This document shows, piece after piece, positions 24,820-38,257 of a stretch of DNA of 64,000 nt (within the stretch, counting starts at the first letter, position 1; each line of letters opens with the position of its first letter). The notes under the pieces were generated by a model, which made no database searches, was not told the DNA's origin, and was given only the letters and a program-made list of their open reading frames with translations. A program made the position numbers and the translations under genes. Location of the stretch: positions 186,001 to 250,000 of the forward strand of contig JBLDXI010000004.1 of the NCBI GenBank assembly GCA_047495785.1, in the 5' to 3' direction. The DNA is from Lepidodermella squamata (lineage: Eukaryota; Animalia; Gastrotricha).

Positions 24820-27800
24820 TTAAAAGCTGCCAGTTAGATCATCATCGACACATTTTTTGTACGAGGCGTACATCGGCACCGGAGTGTCCAGGGTTTTCTG
24901 GAGAAAAGCACGGCATGGATGATCGAAGTCTTTCTAAAAAAACTCACAGTTGATGGCGGGCATTGGGGCAATTCGTTCGGGTCTTCCGGAGCACAAAGGC
25001 TGAATAGCTGAGTCGTATCGTCGAAGCAACGGAAATGTCTTATCTAATATTATTTTAAAAATAATTCATTTTATATTTTAGCAGAGTGTACACAATACGC
25101 AAAATGTATTTGGGAAAAAGAATACAGCGCTCCCCCGTTATCTGCAACCCCGCTATCTGCCCACTCCCGTTAGTAGTCATCGATTTTTAGACCCTGCTAA
25201 ATAAATGAGTTGTAAATTGTTAATTAAACAAAAAATAATTATTTGATGAATTAAAAAAATATGGTGCGAAGGTGCCTAGCGGCGCGTTGCCGTAGTTTTG
25301 AGATATCTGTTTCGGATAAGATTATTTCAAGTTCAGTTAGAACGAGTTGAAAGATCATCAGTGCACATTAAGCTGTTGTTATGGTTTTGAAATAACTTCG
25401 ATTATGCAACAGAGGGTGTGGATTAACTGCCACTCGTGCGTGTGAGATATCCTGCTTTTTTTCGTCAAAATTCCATCAGAAATTACGCCAGTTTATCAGA
25501 AACAACTAGCATTTCGACAACTATAAAAAATGCCCGTCTACTTTCAATCTTCTTGATGTGCAGATTTTTCCCGAGGTTACTTGCTGATCAACCAATAGAC
25601 CCATCTGTAATTCCCTGATACCGTATACAGGGCAGTCCCGTTTATCAGGCAGGGGTTAAAGGTCATTTGGTCAAAATAAAGGGCAGGGCCCGAATATAGG
25701 GCAGTGCCCTTGAGTGGACCAGGGCAGGAGGGGAATGATTTACTGAGTCAAAATCTAAAAATACTTGGAGAAAGTTCTTGGGAATGGATAATTTCTCCTC
25801 TTAGAATCGTTCGCCGCATGTGAAATAAGCGTGATTTTCATCCACCTTCATAATTTGCATATTTGAAAACGTGTGTGCATACGCTAATGAGCGTGAATAT
25901 ACACATGCAAGTGCGCGCGCCTTTTGTTGCAACAAATTATAGGGCAGGGCCCGAATAAAGGGCAGGTCTCGTTTATAAGGCAGGGGTTGCGGGTTGATTG
26001 ATAACATTATAAGGCAGAGCCTTCTAAACCGGTATATACGGTATTTCAGAATTTAGCTTTTTCCCCCCTGACGGAACCAAACGTCTTATGACTTGAGGTC
26101 TGTGATCCCATTTAGGTCGATGCAAATTCATAAAAGAAAGAGGCAGCTTCGTGAAAATTATCAAAACTATTTCATATATTATTAAAATCGAAAATAAGAA
26201 CCCAGGTGCCCAGACATTTAATATTTATCGTGAAACGAGGTAGCGTGAAAAATTATCTTGGATTCGAGTTTGCGGTCAGCATGACTTGAGTCAAGAGGCG
26301 AAATGAAACATCACCACGCGTTGGTATGTTTACTGTTTGTTCAGTGCCATCTGGCTAGCAACTCGCTCTAACATAATCCTTGACTCGCGTACGGCCCCCG
26401 TTAGATGTCTCCCTCGATAATTGCACGACCCTGGTCCTGGCACTGAGGGTTATTTTCGAAGCTGTCTTTTTAGTCGGCTTTTTCTTCTGAAGTCGACTCT
26501 AGCTAAAGTTAGCTAGTTGCTAGTTTATATGATAGAAATAGAGCTAGCTTTATATAAAACGTGATTTTCGAAGATAAAGCCGACTTTATTTGTTAAAAGT
26601 CGTCTTTACCCTGCATATATAAATGTACTAGAGCCGATAAAGACGACTATCCTCGTCTTTATCGCCTTAAAGTCGGCTTTATCGGCATATTTTTGTCCCC
26701 AGACGAGTGATTTGACCCTAAAAGCTCTTGTTCGAAGCCGTTTATTTACGATTTATCACAACAAAAACACTAGCAAAAAGTAGGTCATGACCATTGATGA
26801 GCGATACCGTCATTCATTTATTTCTACGAAATATCATGGCAAAGATGGCTTTACGCAATAAAGTCGACTTGAGCAAAAGACGGCGTCGAAAATAACCCTC
26901 ACTGTATATAGTCGATAATTTCACGACCTCTCTTTCTTCTCCCTCCCATTCCCCCTCGCTGTGTTTACATGTCTGTCTGCCTTCGATAAATAATCCATCA
27001 CCCCGCCCACTTGTGTCCGCAGCGCACTGCCGCCGGCAAGCGCATATAATCTTGTGACCCCGCGTCATTGATATCTTCCACTTATTTCGTCTCCCCTATT
27101 TATGTGATATCAATGAACAATAAATATTTGAATTTAGAATTTTAGCACTGTTAAAATTTGTATAATTTACCTCAGCAGTCCCGATGAAACACTTGTCGTA
27201 GCCAGCACTGGCTGTTGCACCGCTAATGTTTGTTCCAAACTTGAAATCAATCACAAAGCAATCAGAGATTATTAGAATTATGCACATTTACGGATTATTA
27301 GAGATTATTCTCTAAAATTACCTGTCGGTAATTTGTCGGGCACGATTGCGTACCAGCACCTACGCACAGACGGCTGCCGTTACTTGGCGCGTAACAGTAC
27401 GAGAAGCCCTATGTGCAAACAAATATGAAGATTTACTTTTCAATGTGGCAAACTCGAAATTTCACTTCCAAAGAAAAAAGGCTCTGAGAACACTCGCTTC
27501 GGAAATTAACGCAAATGACTTGAGCAATAACGTCTGATACCGGCTGCATATGATGGGCAAAAAAAATTGAACACAAACCGCATTGTTGCATGACGCCAGC
27601 GTGTTGATCCAAGTTCCATCGAATAAATTCTAAGCGCCCAACAGTTGCGGAAAAACGCCGAAAATGTAATTCAAGGATTAACATACCGAACAATTCACGA
27701 TATTCCTGCATTCAACGGTGTCTCCGGAGAAGCAGCGAATGTGGGGCAGGTTTTCTTGAGGCGCTGAATGTAGCCAACAAATTTTAATCAATAAGTTTTA

Positions 27801-30800
27801 CAAATTCGTTAATCCGCCTACCGTAGAGGCACTGGTATCGATTGTCGTAAGTAATCCAATTGGCAGCCACCTTGTGTTTAAACATGCGCGCAAGGTTAAA
27901 ACATCAACGTATAAAACCAAAATGGGTTATGAACAATTTTCTAATTCGAGCTAGGTTGCCATTAAAAACCTCTGTTTACAAGCAATCCGTTTGTTTCTCA
28001 AAGCGATGTACCTATTTCCTACCACAGTTAATTATCATTTTAGTGTAATGCCTTATGGTGCTTTCACAAATGCGTCCGACGGTAACAACTTCGGCTAGCA
28101 ACTAGCAAACTTCGGTAGAGTGAAGTGAAACGTCGGAGAGCGTTATCAATTGCACTTCGGTCGGGCGACCGAAGTCTCTCTTGTGTAGTCGCCGAAGTTG
28201 CTGAGTGTCACGCACTTGAGCGCGCAGGTAACGGGGTCAGGCAAACAAATTTCTATTTCAGCGTAAATGCTGAATTCAACTAAATAATGAGATGTGAAAT
28301 GCGATGCGGATCATACTAATCAGAATTTAATCAAAAAATTATGTGATCAAGACGCATGATTTGCATATCATTAATTTTTCTTGCCGGTTTCGCCGGCCTT
28401 AGATTTTCAGCGTACGCGGCTTTAAAAAATTGAAACATTGGTAATTTTCGAACTCATTTTCTTGACTCGTCGTAATTCAAGACTTCTTGTTTTACAGCCA
28501 GTCAAGCAGTCAAATGGCCGCGCGCGCGCTGATGTCTATTGGTGCGCGTGTAATAATAGTGCGCGCTACAAACTTCGGTTCGGACGCACTTCGGACGGTA
28601 GTTTTGGGGTCTCCGATCCGACGTTCTTTGTTGTGCGTGCGCGCGCGGCGTCGGACGCACGGGCCGAAGTGCGCGCGTTTGTGAAAGGAAATCTAAACGT
28701 CGGACAAGTATTACGCTACTTCGAGTGCCTATTACGAAACTTCGAAAACGCGAAAACGTCGGACGCTCGTCGGACGCATTTGTGAAAGCACCATTACGCA
28801 GGCCTCAAGTCAAGTCTTACGACAATTCTGTGTAATGCAAGACAACAATTTAGGGAACCGTTGCCCTGTGGGTATTACCGTAGAGCTGGATTACCGGGCT
28901 TTGCCTGATAGTTTTAATGGAATTGAAAAATTGTAGAGGCTTTGATAACGACTCTTCCCGAAAAATCATCAGAAATTGCGTCTCTTAGTCTTCGGCGAAA
29001 AACGCGTTGAAAATGCAGCCATGCGACCAAGATGCAGCGATTTTTAGGAAATTCTAATCATCAATCGGATTTGTTTTGAATTTTGAGTGATATTAGACAA
29101 CTAGGACGCGAGATTTCGATTTCAGAAAAGATCGGGTAAACAAGCTAACCGAAAAGAGACAAGCCGGGCGACTTTTGGGAGCACAGTCCACCAGCTTGCG
29201 ATCCGTTGTTGTCAAGCAAGGTACATTTACCTCCTGAAATGAATTGCCCTCGTGATATATAAGCAAACAAGGTGCTCTGGTGACTGACCGTATACTCCTT
29301 GAGGCAGAAGCGATATATATCGCCGAATCCAGTGGTGCTTTGTCCGTAGTCAATGGTATTACCTGGATCGCTCGGATCGCCAATTGGTACTGATGAATTC
29401 ACATTCACTAAGCGATCGGCAACCATGCCATCCGGGCACGAGTTCTCATCGGGGCCTCTATACGCTCGGCAGATACCAGCGGTTGAATTCGCGCTGGGAC
29501 GAGTTGCCGGAATACAATAGACAGCATCCTGTAAATACAAAAATTATAAATATTTACTCTCTGTTGTCTATTGTACAAAAATACACTTTTACCCGAAATA
29601 ATATCAGAAATTTTAGGGACAGAACTAGAACCCATTCATTATAAATCACTAGTTTTATTAGTATTTACTTTCCATTATAAGATAATACTATACTAATTAT
29701 AAGATTTTACAAAAAACGTACACCGTTTTCGCAGAAGCCACGTGTGCTGTAGATTTTAGAGTCAACCGCCTGTGAAAAGACAACCGCCTCATAATAGCTT
29801 GTAGATAGTGACCATTCTGAAAATTATTACATTGGTTTCGCCTGTCAGGCATTGGCCCGGCACAGGCCGGCAACTCGAGAATAGGAGCACCCCGTCGGTT
29901 TTGAAGCAGCGGATGTGCGGGAAGTACTCGGGTTTCGGCGCTGTAAGCAAAAACAAGGGTTCTATCGATTAGAATCATTACTCGGTGCTCTGACTTGCTA
30001 ACAAGAAGCCGTAGTAGATTAAAACTAACCACTGATGCACTCGCTGAAGGTCGTGAAGTCGATACCGGTGGAGAATTCGGAAGTCTAGTCAACAAATGAT
30101 CGAACTGAGTTGAAATTTGAGAGCGTTCCCCAGGTGGCTAGCTCACCGAAGGGGCCGAGCAGTCTTCGAAAGTTTTCACACAAGTGACCAAATTGAAGCT
30201 GCTGGGATCCAAGCACTGTTTATACCGAATCTGTGAATATATATGCAAATATTACACATCAGTCCTCAGAAATTAGTGGTGATATACCGGTGGATTGACT
30301 GATGCCGCGTAGCTTAGGCATGCTGAGTAGGCGGTCGCGAATAAAGATGGCGTCACTTGAAAGACCTTAACCTTAATTAGGGGAATGAAAAACAAGCTAA
30401 ATATATGATTATATTGCTGTTGCTAAATTTCAACTGTTCATTTGTGGATTTCTGGAATTTGCACTGATTTTGAACCGGATGAAGAAATTCATAAACGCCA
30501 TGTACGTCCATGCTGATTTTTAGGATTTTGAACGCAATGTTAAAGGAGTTTCCACTTTGGTTGAGTTGCCCCGAGTGCTTAGTTGAATGCTTCTCCGATA
30601 GCCCTCATTCATCGTAGGCTTCTATCTTCTAACGAGTAACATTGACTTACCAAGTTCCAACCGCTGGGACATCTGTTTCTACATTGGACATGCCCGTTTT
30701 TCCGACATGCAGCCGCATTCTGAGAATAAAGATATATTTTAAGGAGAATCGAAAAGCTAGGCATTAAATGTAAATGAGTATGTAAGACTCTCCAAACTGA

Positions 30801-33800
30801 GGTGAAATGGCGAGTCTTACCCATTTCTCGCAGTGCATACGATCGATGTAAGGCCGGGGGCTGAACGTCTGGATGAAAATGAGCGGAATGACAATGAATA
30901 GCTGAATCGTTTATAGCAGATTTACCGATGTTTCATTCGCAGCTTTTGAACAGCCAACAGATGTCGGGCGACAGCCTAGAAAAGCTCCGGTTGTTTTGAG
31001 AAAACAGCGTACATGTGGTTCGAAATCGACAAGGCGCGATTCTGGCATCGTCATAAAGTCTGTGGGATTTTCAGTCATAAACGATTCATGAACTTACGAT
31101 AGCCTTCTGCGCAATTGGACAACGTTTTGTAAGTCCCATATGGCACCTTAGAGATAAAATTATAATCAGATTCCAGAAAAAACAATAGAAGGCAGATGAC
31201 ATTTAAAAATAAAGACTGAAATTAAATTCGAGATCTTCTTTACAAATTTTTGAAAATAGATCACTCAATCAATGAATAACTCAACCCAGAGTGTGAAGAC
31301 TCTAAAAACCACAGGGTGCGATAATCTTGAGACCGAAAATACCCAAAGGTAGCCCCCAACTCGAGGATCCTCCTTCCTACACTGCAATAATCCATAACTG
31401 GTAAGAGTGATTTGATGTCATCATTTATCTCAGCGGACCAGGGCGCGAAGACCTTGATTTTGACCTTGAAATCACCACCTATTTTGTTAATTAGATTAGG
31501 CCGCATCATCGAGATCAGATCAACTGATAAATTAACTTAATTGAATGCTCTTTATGCCGCATTAAGATTTACCCGATTTTCGGAATTAGTAACAAAATAC
31601 AATTTCGCCGAATCCCATTTTTTGTCCAATTGTTCAATAATTTAAATGTCCACTCACCGTGCCGATAGGACATTTCAGTGTTGACGGCATGCAGGCAGCA
31701 TAATTCGAACCATTGTAGCAACGCTGATAGGTCAAACCCTACGTAAAAAAGGCTAGATGCGGAATAACAACCTTCACGCTCGATCTTTACCGATCTCGTC
31801 GAATTCTCGCAATCGGACAGGCTATTACGCAGCAAGTCGAACCCTCGGAATCGCGCAATCTGATATCAGGTGATATTAATCGGGAGAAAGTATTATCAAT
31901 ACAATATGATCACCTCTAGAGACTTCGCTGGACAAGAAATATCGCCTGGTAAGCAACGCAGTGTCAACGTTTCCGGATTGTAGCAGCTGTGAGCAGTCTG
32001 ACGGGTGAATATCAAACAAACGGTAAATCGAACCTATTCTTTGTTCGAGATTCATACCCCATAGGTGCACAGCGTTCTGTTTGCGTAAATCTTGCCAGAG
32101 AACTGAAAGACGCACAAAGAATATTACGAGGCAAACGAATTACGGCAGCAAAATGTAGAGCCCGCTATCCAGTGTGTGTGCGACTTGCAGGGGAAAGGGG
32201 GATGGGGAGTATCATCCCTCCAGCTCGCCCAGACCGGACGAGAAAATGAAAATTGTATTGAGAGGTTGTGGAGGTGTGAGAGGTTCAAGTGAATAATCTT
32301 CGCTTCGCTTGTTTTTAGGTTGAAATCACTATTCGTATTGGCAAATACAGCAACAAAATTTTACCATCCCTGGCAGCTCCTGGATCGAAGATGGCACGCT
32401 GACTGCTAATCCAGATTACATCCCAGATGCTTGAGAGGTTTTTTTGTCTTATTGGAATTTGTCCTATTCGGTCCCACTCTCACGAGCATCACGGCAGTGC
32501 ACGAAGTATGAGAGGTTATTTCAGAGCCTCAGCTCGATAGTTTCAGCGGTGAAATTACCTGTAAGTAGCCGATCCTAGGGTTGTTTCACCTTTTCTGTCA
32601 AGTTTCACGCTGAAGCAGCGAGGAAAGTAGCACCAGGGACGCCAGAGACGACGAGGGTAGTACCAGGGACGCGTACCTGGTAGGTTTGAGGGTCGAGGCG
32701 TCCTCGCCAGGGACGCTGAAATCCCCGGTAGGTTGGCTGGTAGAGCGTATTTTTATCACAAAATGCGTGTAGCCAAGACTATTATGTACGGCAAAATATC
32801 TTTAGCTTTGCTCGCTTCGCTCGCAATAATCATAGCGCATGCTCATTTGAAATTTGTGCTCGGATTTCAGAGTAGAACAGAAGTATTAATTTGAGTTGAA
32901 AACTTCATTAGCAACCAACTTGGAAAAATAAATGTTATTCATCACAAGGTGATAAGTTTCAAGTCATTTATAGGTGAATTAAGGTCAATTTTGTTTTTTA
33001 CTTTTGAAATTGTACGAGATTTTGAGAATTTTCAGGCCATTCTTGCTGCAATATCTCTAAAAATTGCTCGCTTCGCTCGCATAACACAGTTCGAAAGTAA
33101 CATTATTTGAATTTCCCACTCACATGAAAATTTCAGGCTATAATCAAGGGCGAAATTTGCGGGAAAAGAAAAACGGAATTCGCAAACTGGCGTCTGAGAT
33201 ACGCAATGATATGGAATAGTATAGGCAAATTTTTTTACAGATAAACTGCGTCCCTGGCAGGTTGGCCGGCCTACTTTCCTCGTTGCGCTGAAGTATAATG
33301 ATCTACAGTAATGATAGCCGAAATAAGCTCAGGAAGATTGTGATGAAGGCACCTTAAAATGACGATGAGAGTCAGAAATCAATTGCTAGTTGTTGGAGCA
33401 AAGCCACGAATTTTGATGTCCTATAGCCTATAGTACGTCTCATGTCCTCTGGCCTGACCTGGCCTGGCCAGAAGGGACGGATTACAGTATCGGTTGGCGG
33501 TTGGGATGAGTAATATTCTCAAGCTGTAACCAGACCGGGGAAGATAGCGGTAATAGGGGCTTTCTACCAGGAAAGAGTGATAATAATTAGAATAAATTAC
33601 AGGTTCCAGGTCATCAATGCGTCATAGGCAGCCTTTACATCGACACCTATACGTTAATCCTGTCTGCGCGGGCCTCTTACACGCGTTCGGTGGAACATAG
33701 CCGCCGATTTATGCTCATGAAAGGCGTACTGGCTGCGAGAACTGGATCTACGTGATAGTCGATGGCGTTTCTGTCGAATAAGAGCACGCATCTCAGGGGT

Positions 33801-36800
33801 CATTGTTTTGTCATTCGCTATAGTCGCTATAGTCACAAAGAGGAACTGATGGCATTTCGCTTCTGCGATAGCAGCGCTGATTGCGCAGAGGTAATCGGGC
33901 TAGCCAGGGTGCGATCTTCGATCCGCAAGCTCCCGGGGATAGTAAATTTTTTTTGCTGTTTTTGCCAAAATGACGAGTCATTTCGGCTAATAACCAAGCG
34001 AAGCGAGAAAACTTGGAGATTTTCCACTAAAACACGCCCCAGAACCTTCCAAAATTAAAAAAACAGTGGGATAAATTCTCATTTTGTTGTCTGGCCCGGC
34101 CGAGCTGGGGGGGATGATCCCCCCCATCCCCCCCTGAAAGTCGCACACTGGGGCTAGCGAAAGATTGATGGGACGGCAGAACGGTCAGACCGAACCGCGT
34201 AGCGACGTGAAGGAGCCGGTAGCCGTGCGCATTCCAGAAATCTGCTGTGCACCACATAGGCGCAAGACCCGTGATTGCGACTAACGGGGTTGGCCGGGGC
34301 TCGACGAGGGACGCCGGCCTCAGAGCCGCAATGCGGCATGACGTTTGGCCCAGCGTTGGCCGGTGACGCCACCTCCAGCGTCCAGGGCGGCGGATAGACG
34401 TCGACGCTCCATCATCAGTGTAGAAAGTAGGGGGGGGGGGGGTGGTGGGGATCATCCTGGTCTCGGCAAGACCCCGTCCCTAGCTGGGTGAGGACGAAAC
34501 GTCGTTGGTTCTATTTTTGAATGCTGGGGGTGTATCCAATGGGTTGTTTGTTTAGTAATTTCAGGTTATTCGCATGGAAAATTCGCTAAATCCAAATTTT
34601 TCGCGTATTGCCATCTTTCTTCCCCTCGTTAGATGGCCCAAGGAGAATTACAAGTTCATGCTATTTCCAGTATTTTTTAATTCCACTGGATGAAAATCAC
34701 GACAGAGAAAAGCGTTAGCTAAGCTCGCTAAGCTCGCTAATGCCCATGAAGCCCCATGAATTAAAAAATCGGGGGAATTATAAATGGCAAAATTTTGAAA
34801 TTGCGAAAGCAAGAAAAGACGAGGAATGACATAAGCAAATGCAAATGAACATAAATAAATATAATGCATTGTGGAACCACTGGTAAGTTGAACCTTGGCG
34901 CGCACGCTGATTGGTCAATTTATCGTTGCTAATGACTCCGGAATGAAACATTTCCGTCGTGCGATCCACGTGCGGACGGTGAAAAAGTTTGCGGAGCACT
35001 GGATTAGGCGAAAAATTGCTGCTAATAAGCTTGCTAAGCGCGTTGTAATGGCTCTAACTCATTGCAACTAATAGTATAAATGATTAATTATTAGTTGATT
35101 AACACTTGCTGAGGAGAAAAATACGTTTGCTGAAGAAATAAAATAGGTTCTGACGAAAAAAAATTTCGCTGAACAAAAACACAATTTTCTGACGAAAAGA
35201 ATAAATTTGCTGAGGGTTAAAGTATTCTTCGTTTTTTTTAGTAAACTAGTAACGTAGCAGGCGGCCGCTATAGCGGCCGCCATTGTACAACAAAGGGGGG
35301 AAATTCGAAACTCGGATTTTTGTTCGACACGTCAAGAGTTCCGAAATCTCAACGAAGGACACTTGCCAGAGATCAGCGCATGCCAAATTCATGAAAAGCA
35401 TGGTCGAATTCATTATATGGTAGCATGAAAAGATGCTCGAAACAGAAAAAATATGTTCACTTCAAGCATATGCTATGGCTATGTGTGCATGTATCACATA
35501 GCTCAGTCGAGTCAAACAACTCCTTAGGGGTGAAGGGTAACTCCCCGGAACTTCTACTGTTGTTTTTCGTATTCAGCATGTTTGATTTAGTAATCAAGTT
35601 TTAAATTTTAAATTATTTAAATAAAAAAATTAAAACACGTTCAAAATAAGAAAGCGCTTGATTTCTTTTTTGGCTGTTTTGACGCCGCCGGTTTGACGGA
35701 GTCAAAAAGTCAGAGTTTTCGCACCCATAAAATTTTATTCTCTATCTACTGATATCAAATTTATGATTATGGGCCATACGTAAGTATGATATTAAGCGTA
35801 TGCGTTGAGCGTCCAATCAGCTTTGAGAAATTCAAATCTCAGCCGTTGGGTACCTCCGCCGTTTAGTAGTTTAGATTTTGTTAACAAAAATTACATGTTT
35901 CGTTTATAATTTGTTATAACCAGCTTCAGGTATTTTAGAAATTAAATCAAATTTTAAGTTAAGTTAATATTTAAGAGGAATGTTTTAGAGAATTTTATAA
36001 ATGGAATCGGGCTGGTTTTTCATGGTATATTGGCTCCGTGAATGTAAACCATAAGGCTCTCACAAGCTTTAACCGGTATTAGCCCGGACCCCTTTTTCCG
36101 AAGGAAAATTATGAGGACCTTGCCCCTGACTAAAATTGATGCGCTGATTTCAGATCCGACCTTATTAAAAAAGTTATATAACCACCGCTAATTAGTTACG
36201 TAATCATCGTATTACGCAATCTGTCAAATTTATGACCCCCTGAAAGAAAGCATAGAAGTATAGATAGTAAATTTACTTCAACAAATATTGATGTGAATAA
36301 ATTCAATTTTTTGAATTTTGTTTTTTTCACCAATGACTTTCATAACTTTCTGAGGCGTCTGCGAAAAATCTGAGAAAATCAGTATAATATAAGCTTATTA
36401 ATTATTCCCTCCATATTAAGCAAAAAAGCTGATTTTTTTAAATTTTACAAAATGGTAACACACCCGCATGTTTCCGGGCCAATGCATGTCAACAAGCAAG
36501 CCAACTCAATCAAAGCGAATTCAGGGAGCCATTATACTATCGAAGCTGATTAGGGCAAAACATCTGGCTTGTGAATTGGGCTTGAATTCGGACAATAAAG
36601 AATAATTGACGCCAGGATTATAATAAGTGGAAAATCAGTGAATGTCTGCCGTACCATATAGTTCTCGAGAACGTCACACCCGACGCGAGATCGACGGCAA
36701 ATCTGGTCGAAAGAATCGTCGAATTGCGAGAAACATCGAACCCATGCGGCAGTAGCTGGCGTCACTATGAGGCAGATGATGAAGAAGACACCACTAGTTG

Positions 36801-36825
36801 AAGCAAACAGCCTGGTGTTGCACAT
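24820..36825 (-). CDS. Gene E: secreted protein made only of 12 four-Cys modules (23 exons; introns expanded by TEs); paralog of G
   Basis: Exon 1 is MCNTRLFASTSGVFFIICLIVTPATAAWVRCFSQFDDSFDQICRRSRVGCDVLENYM; exon 2 near 32104 is FSGKIYANRTLCTYG. In-frame exons continue through PHVRCF, PHIRCFKTD, DAVYCIPATR.., PHIRCFSGD and IRHFRCFDD to KTLDTPVPMYASYKKCVDDDLTGSF*. Exon-for-exon match to gene G. Confidence 0.82.
25619..26043. mobile_element. Tc/mariner (pogo/Tc2-like) MITE
   Basis: TACCGTATA ... TATACGGTA ends (TA TSD); internal AGGGCAGGGCCCGAATA repeats. Confidence 0.65.
26441..26904. mobile_element. TIR element (MITE)
   Basis: CACTGAGGGTTATTTTCGA ... TCGAAAATAACCCTCACTG; internal GTC-TTTATCG repeats. 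Confidence 0.65.
28056..28793. mobile_element. PIF/Harbinger-type MITE in an intron of gene E
   Basis: TIRs TGGTGCTTTCACAAATGCGTCCGAC / GTCGGACGCATTTGTGAAAGCACCA flanked by a TTA TSD; the homologous intron in gene G is short. Confidence 0.85.
32170..34150. mobile_element. ~2-kb hAT-like element with ~85-bp imperfect TIRs in intron 1 of gene E
   Basis: CAGTGTG..TGCGACTT.CAGGGG..GGGGGATGGGG..ATCATCCC.CCAGCTCG is inverted at ~34075-34150; degenerate 8-bp TSD (5/8). Confidence 0.65.
32616..33285 (-). mobile_element. Nested full copy of the CAGCGAGGAAAGTAG hAT-type element
   Basis: Same TIRs as the 22878 copy, opposite orientation; perfect 8-bp TSD CGCTGAAG. Confidence 0.9.
35246..35281 (-). mobile_element. 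Helitron-like 3' terminus
   Basis: Perfect 22-bp GC palindrome GGCGGCCGCTATAGCGGCCGCC (35260-35281), followed on the minus strand after 10 nt by CTAG then T. Confidence 0.6.
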
Positions 36826-37204
36826 AACAAGCACGCCTCGAACGGAAAATCGCCAGGTCAAATTTAACAAAATTTCACACTGTTTTCGAGATTAAAATAT
36901 GGCTAATGATAGCAGCAAAAAAAGCAGCTGAATGAATGAGAAAAACAACTCAACTCGGCACGCGCTGAGAAAAAAGAATTGGAAAAACAACATTTGAATG
37001 ACCTCATCGTAAATATCCTAAAATATTTCGAATTTAGATTCAATTTCAATCTTCAAATTGTGAAGCTACCAACAAAATTATACAATAAAATAATCTAGGT
37101 TTGTATCAAATTTGTATTTTAATAAACATCTTAAAGTATGTAAAGTATGAACACACGAGACTAGAATGAATTTGCTCATTTAATTTCTTAAAAATATTCT
37201 TAAA

Positions 37205-37663
37205 TACCGTAGTTACCGAAATACTAACCCGGGCTTATGCAAAAATTGTCAGCTCCAAAAATGGGGAAAAGTAGGCTACTATTCGAGACTAGGCTTCTAT
37301 TTGAGATTTATATTTGAGGCTTATGCAACGATGACCCTACTTTATTTTCCGTCTTTCAATCTCATAACTCATCAAATTGTTCATTATTAACTTTGTGCTA
37401 GGTTTTCTAATAGCTGAAAATTAAGAATAATAAGGAACGCTGCGAAAAGTATAACCGTAAAACGCAGATTATCAAACATCTTCAGGCATTTTTCGTTTTT
37501 AATTACCGTTCAGCGGAGCCAGAGCACATGTTTCGAACGTGCCGTAGTAGCCTAGGCTACTATTCGAGATAGGATTATGCATCGACGATTTTCAATTTAC
37601 CCAGGCTTCTAAACGAGACAGGCTTTTAAACGAGTGGGGGCTTATATTTCGGTAACTACGGTA
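37205..37663. mobile_element. Tc/mariner-type MITE between genes E and F
   Basis: TACCGTAGTTACCGAAATA ... TATTTCGGTAACTACGGTA; internal AGGCTACTATTCGAGA repeats. Confidence 0.85.
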
Positions 37664-38257
37664 TTCTGAATTTTATCAAATTTTTAATCTTCTAATTTTG
37701 AATTCATCATAGTAGAATAATCTAGATTTGTTTTAATATTTAAATTTGATAATTTTGAAAATCGAACTTACTAATCTGAATCCCGCGAAGCTGAACTCAT
37801 TTTTTTATTTAATTTCTAAAATCCCATTTTCATTGACAAATTCACAATATGCTAAATGTATTGGGTGTAGTGATCCAAGCTATTTCAGACCTTAAAAATA
37901 ATTTTCTTCTAAAAAATAAAAACCTTGACGCTCAATGCACAGCTATCCACTGAACTACTGTGTGCCCATTTTGATATGTAATAATTATTGAATGACATTC
38001 AATTACGTGTACTTTAGAATTTTTTAATGTAATTTAGTGTAAATATTCCATTAAATATGTTCCATGTCAACGAATTTACGCGGGGGGGAAGGGGTGGGCT
38101 CATGAGGTTAATTTTTGTGGCTACATCCCAATGTTTCGCTAATCGCGTGTTCGCGTTCATTGAAATAAACAACTTTCAAACTACTAACACGCGATCAACG
38201 TTTGAAAATGAATGAGTGCGCTGTTTTCATTCATTCAAGAATTTTTATGCTCTTTCA

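Noticed and set aside
34154-34500. GC-rich stretch with ORFs
   Set aside because: No recognisable motif or RNA-gene structure; probably a TE fragment.
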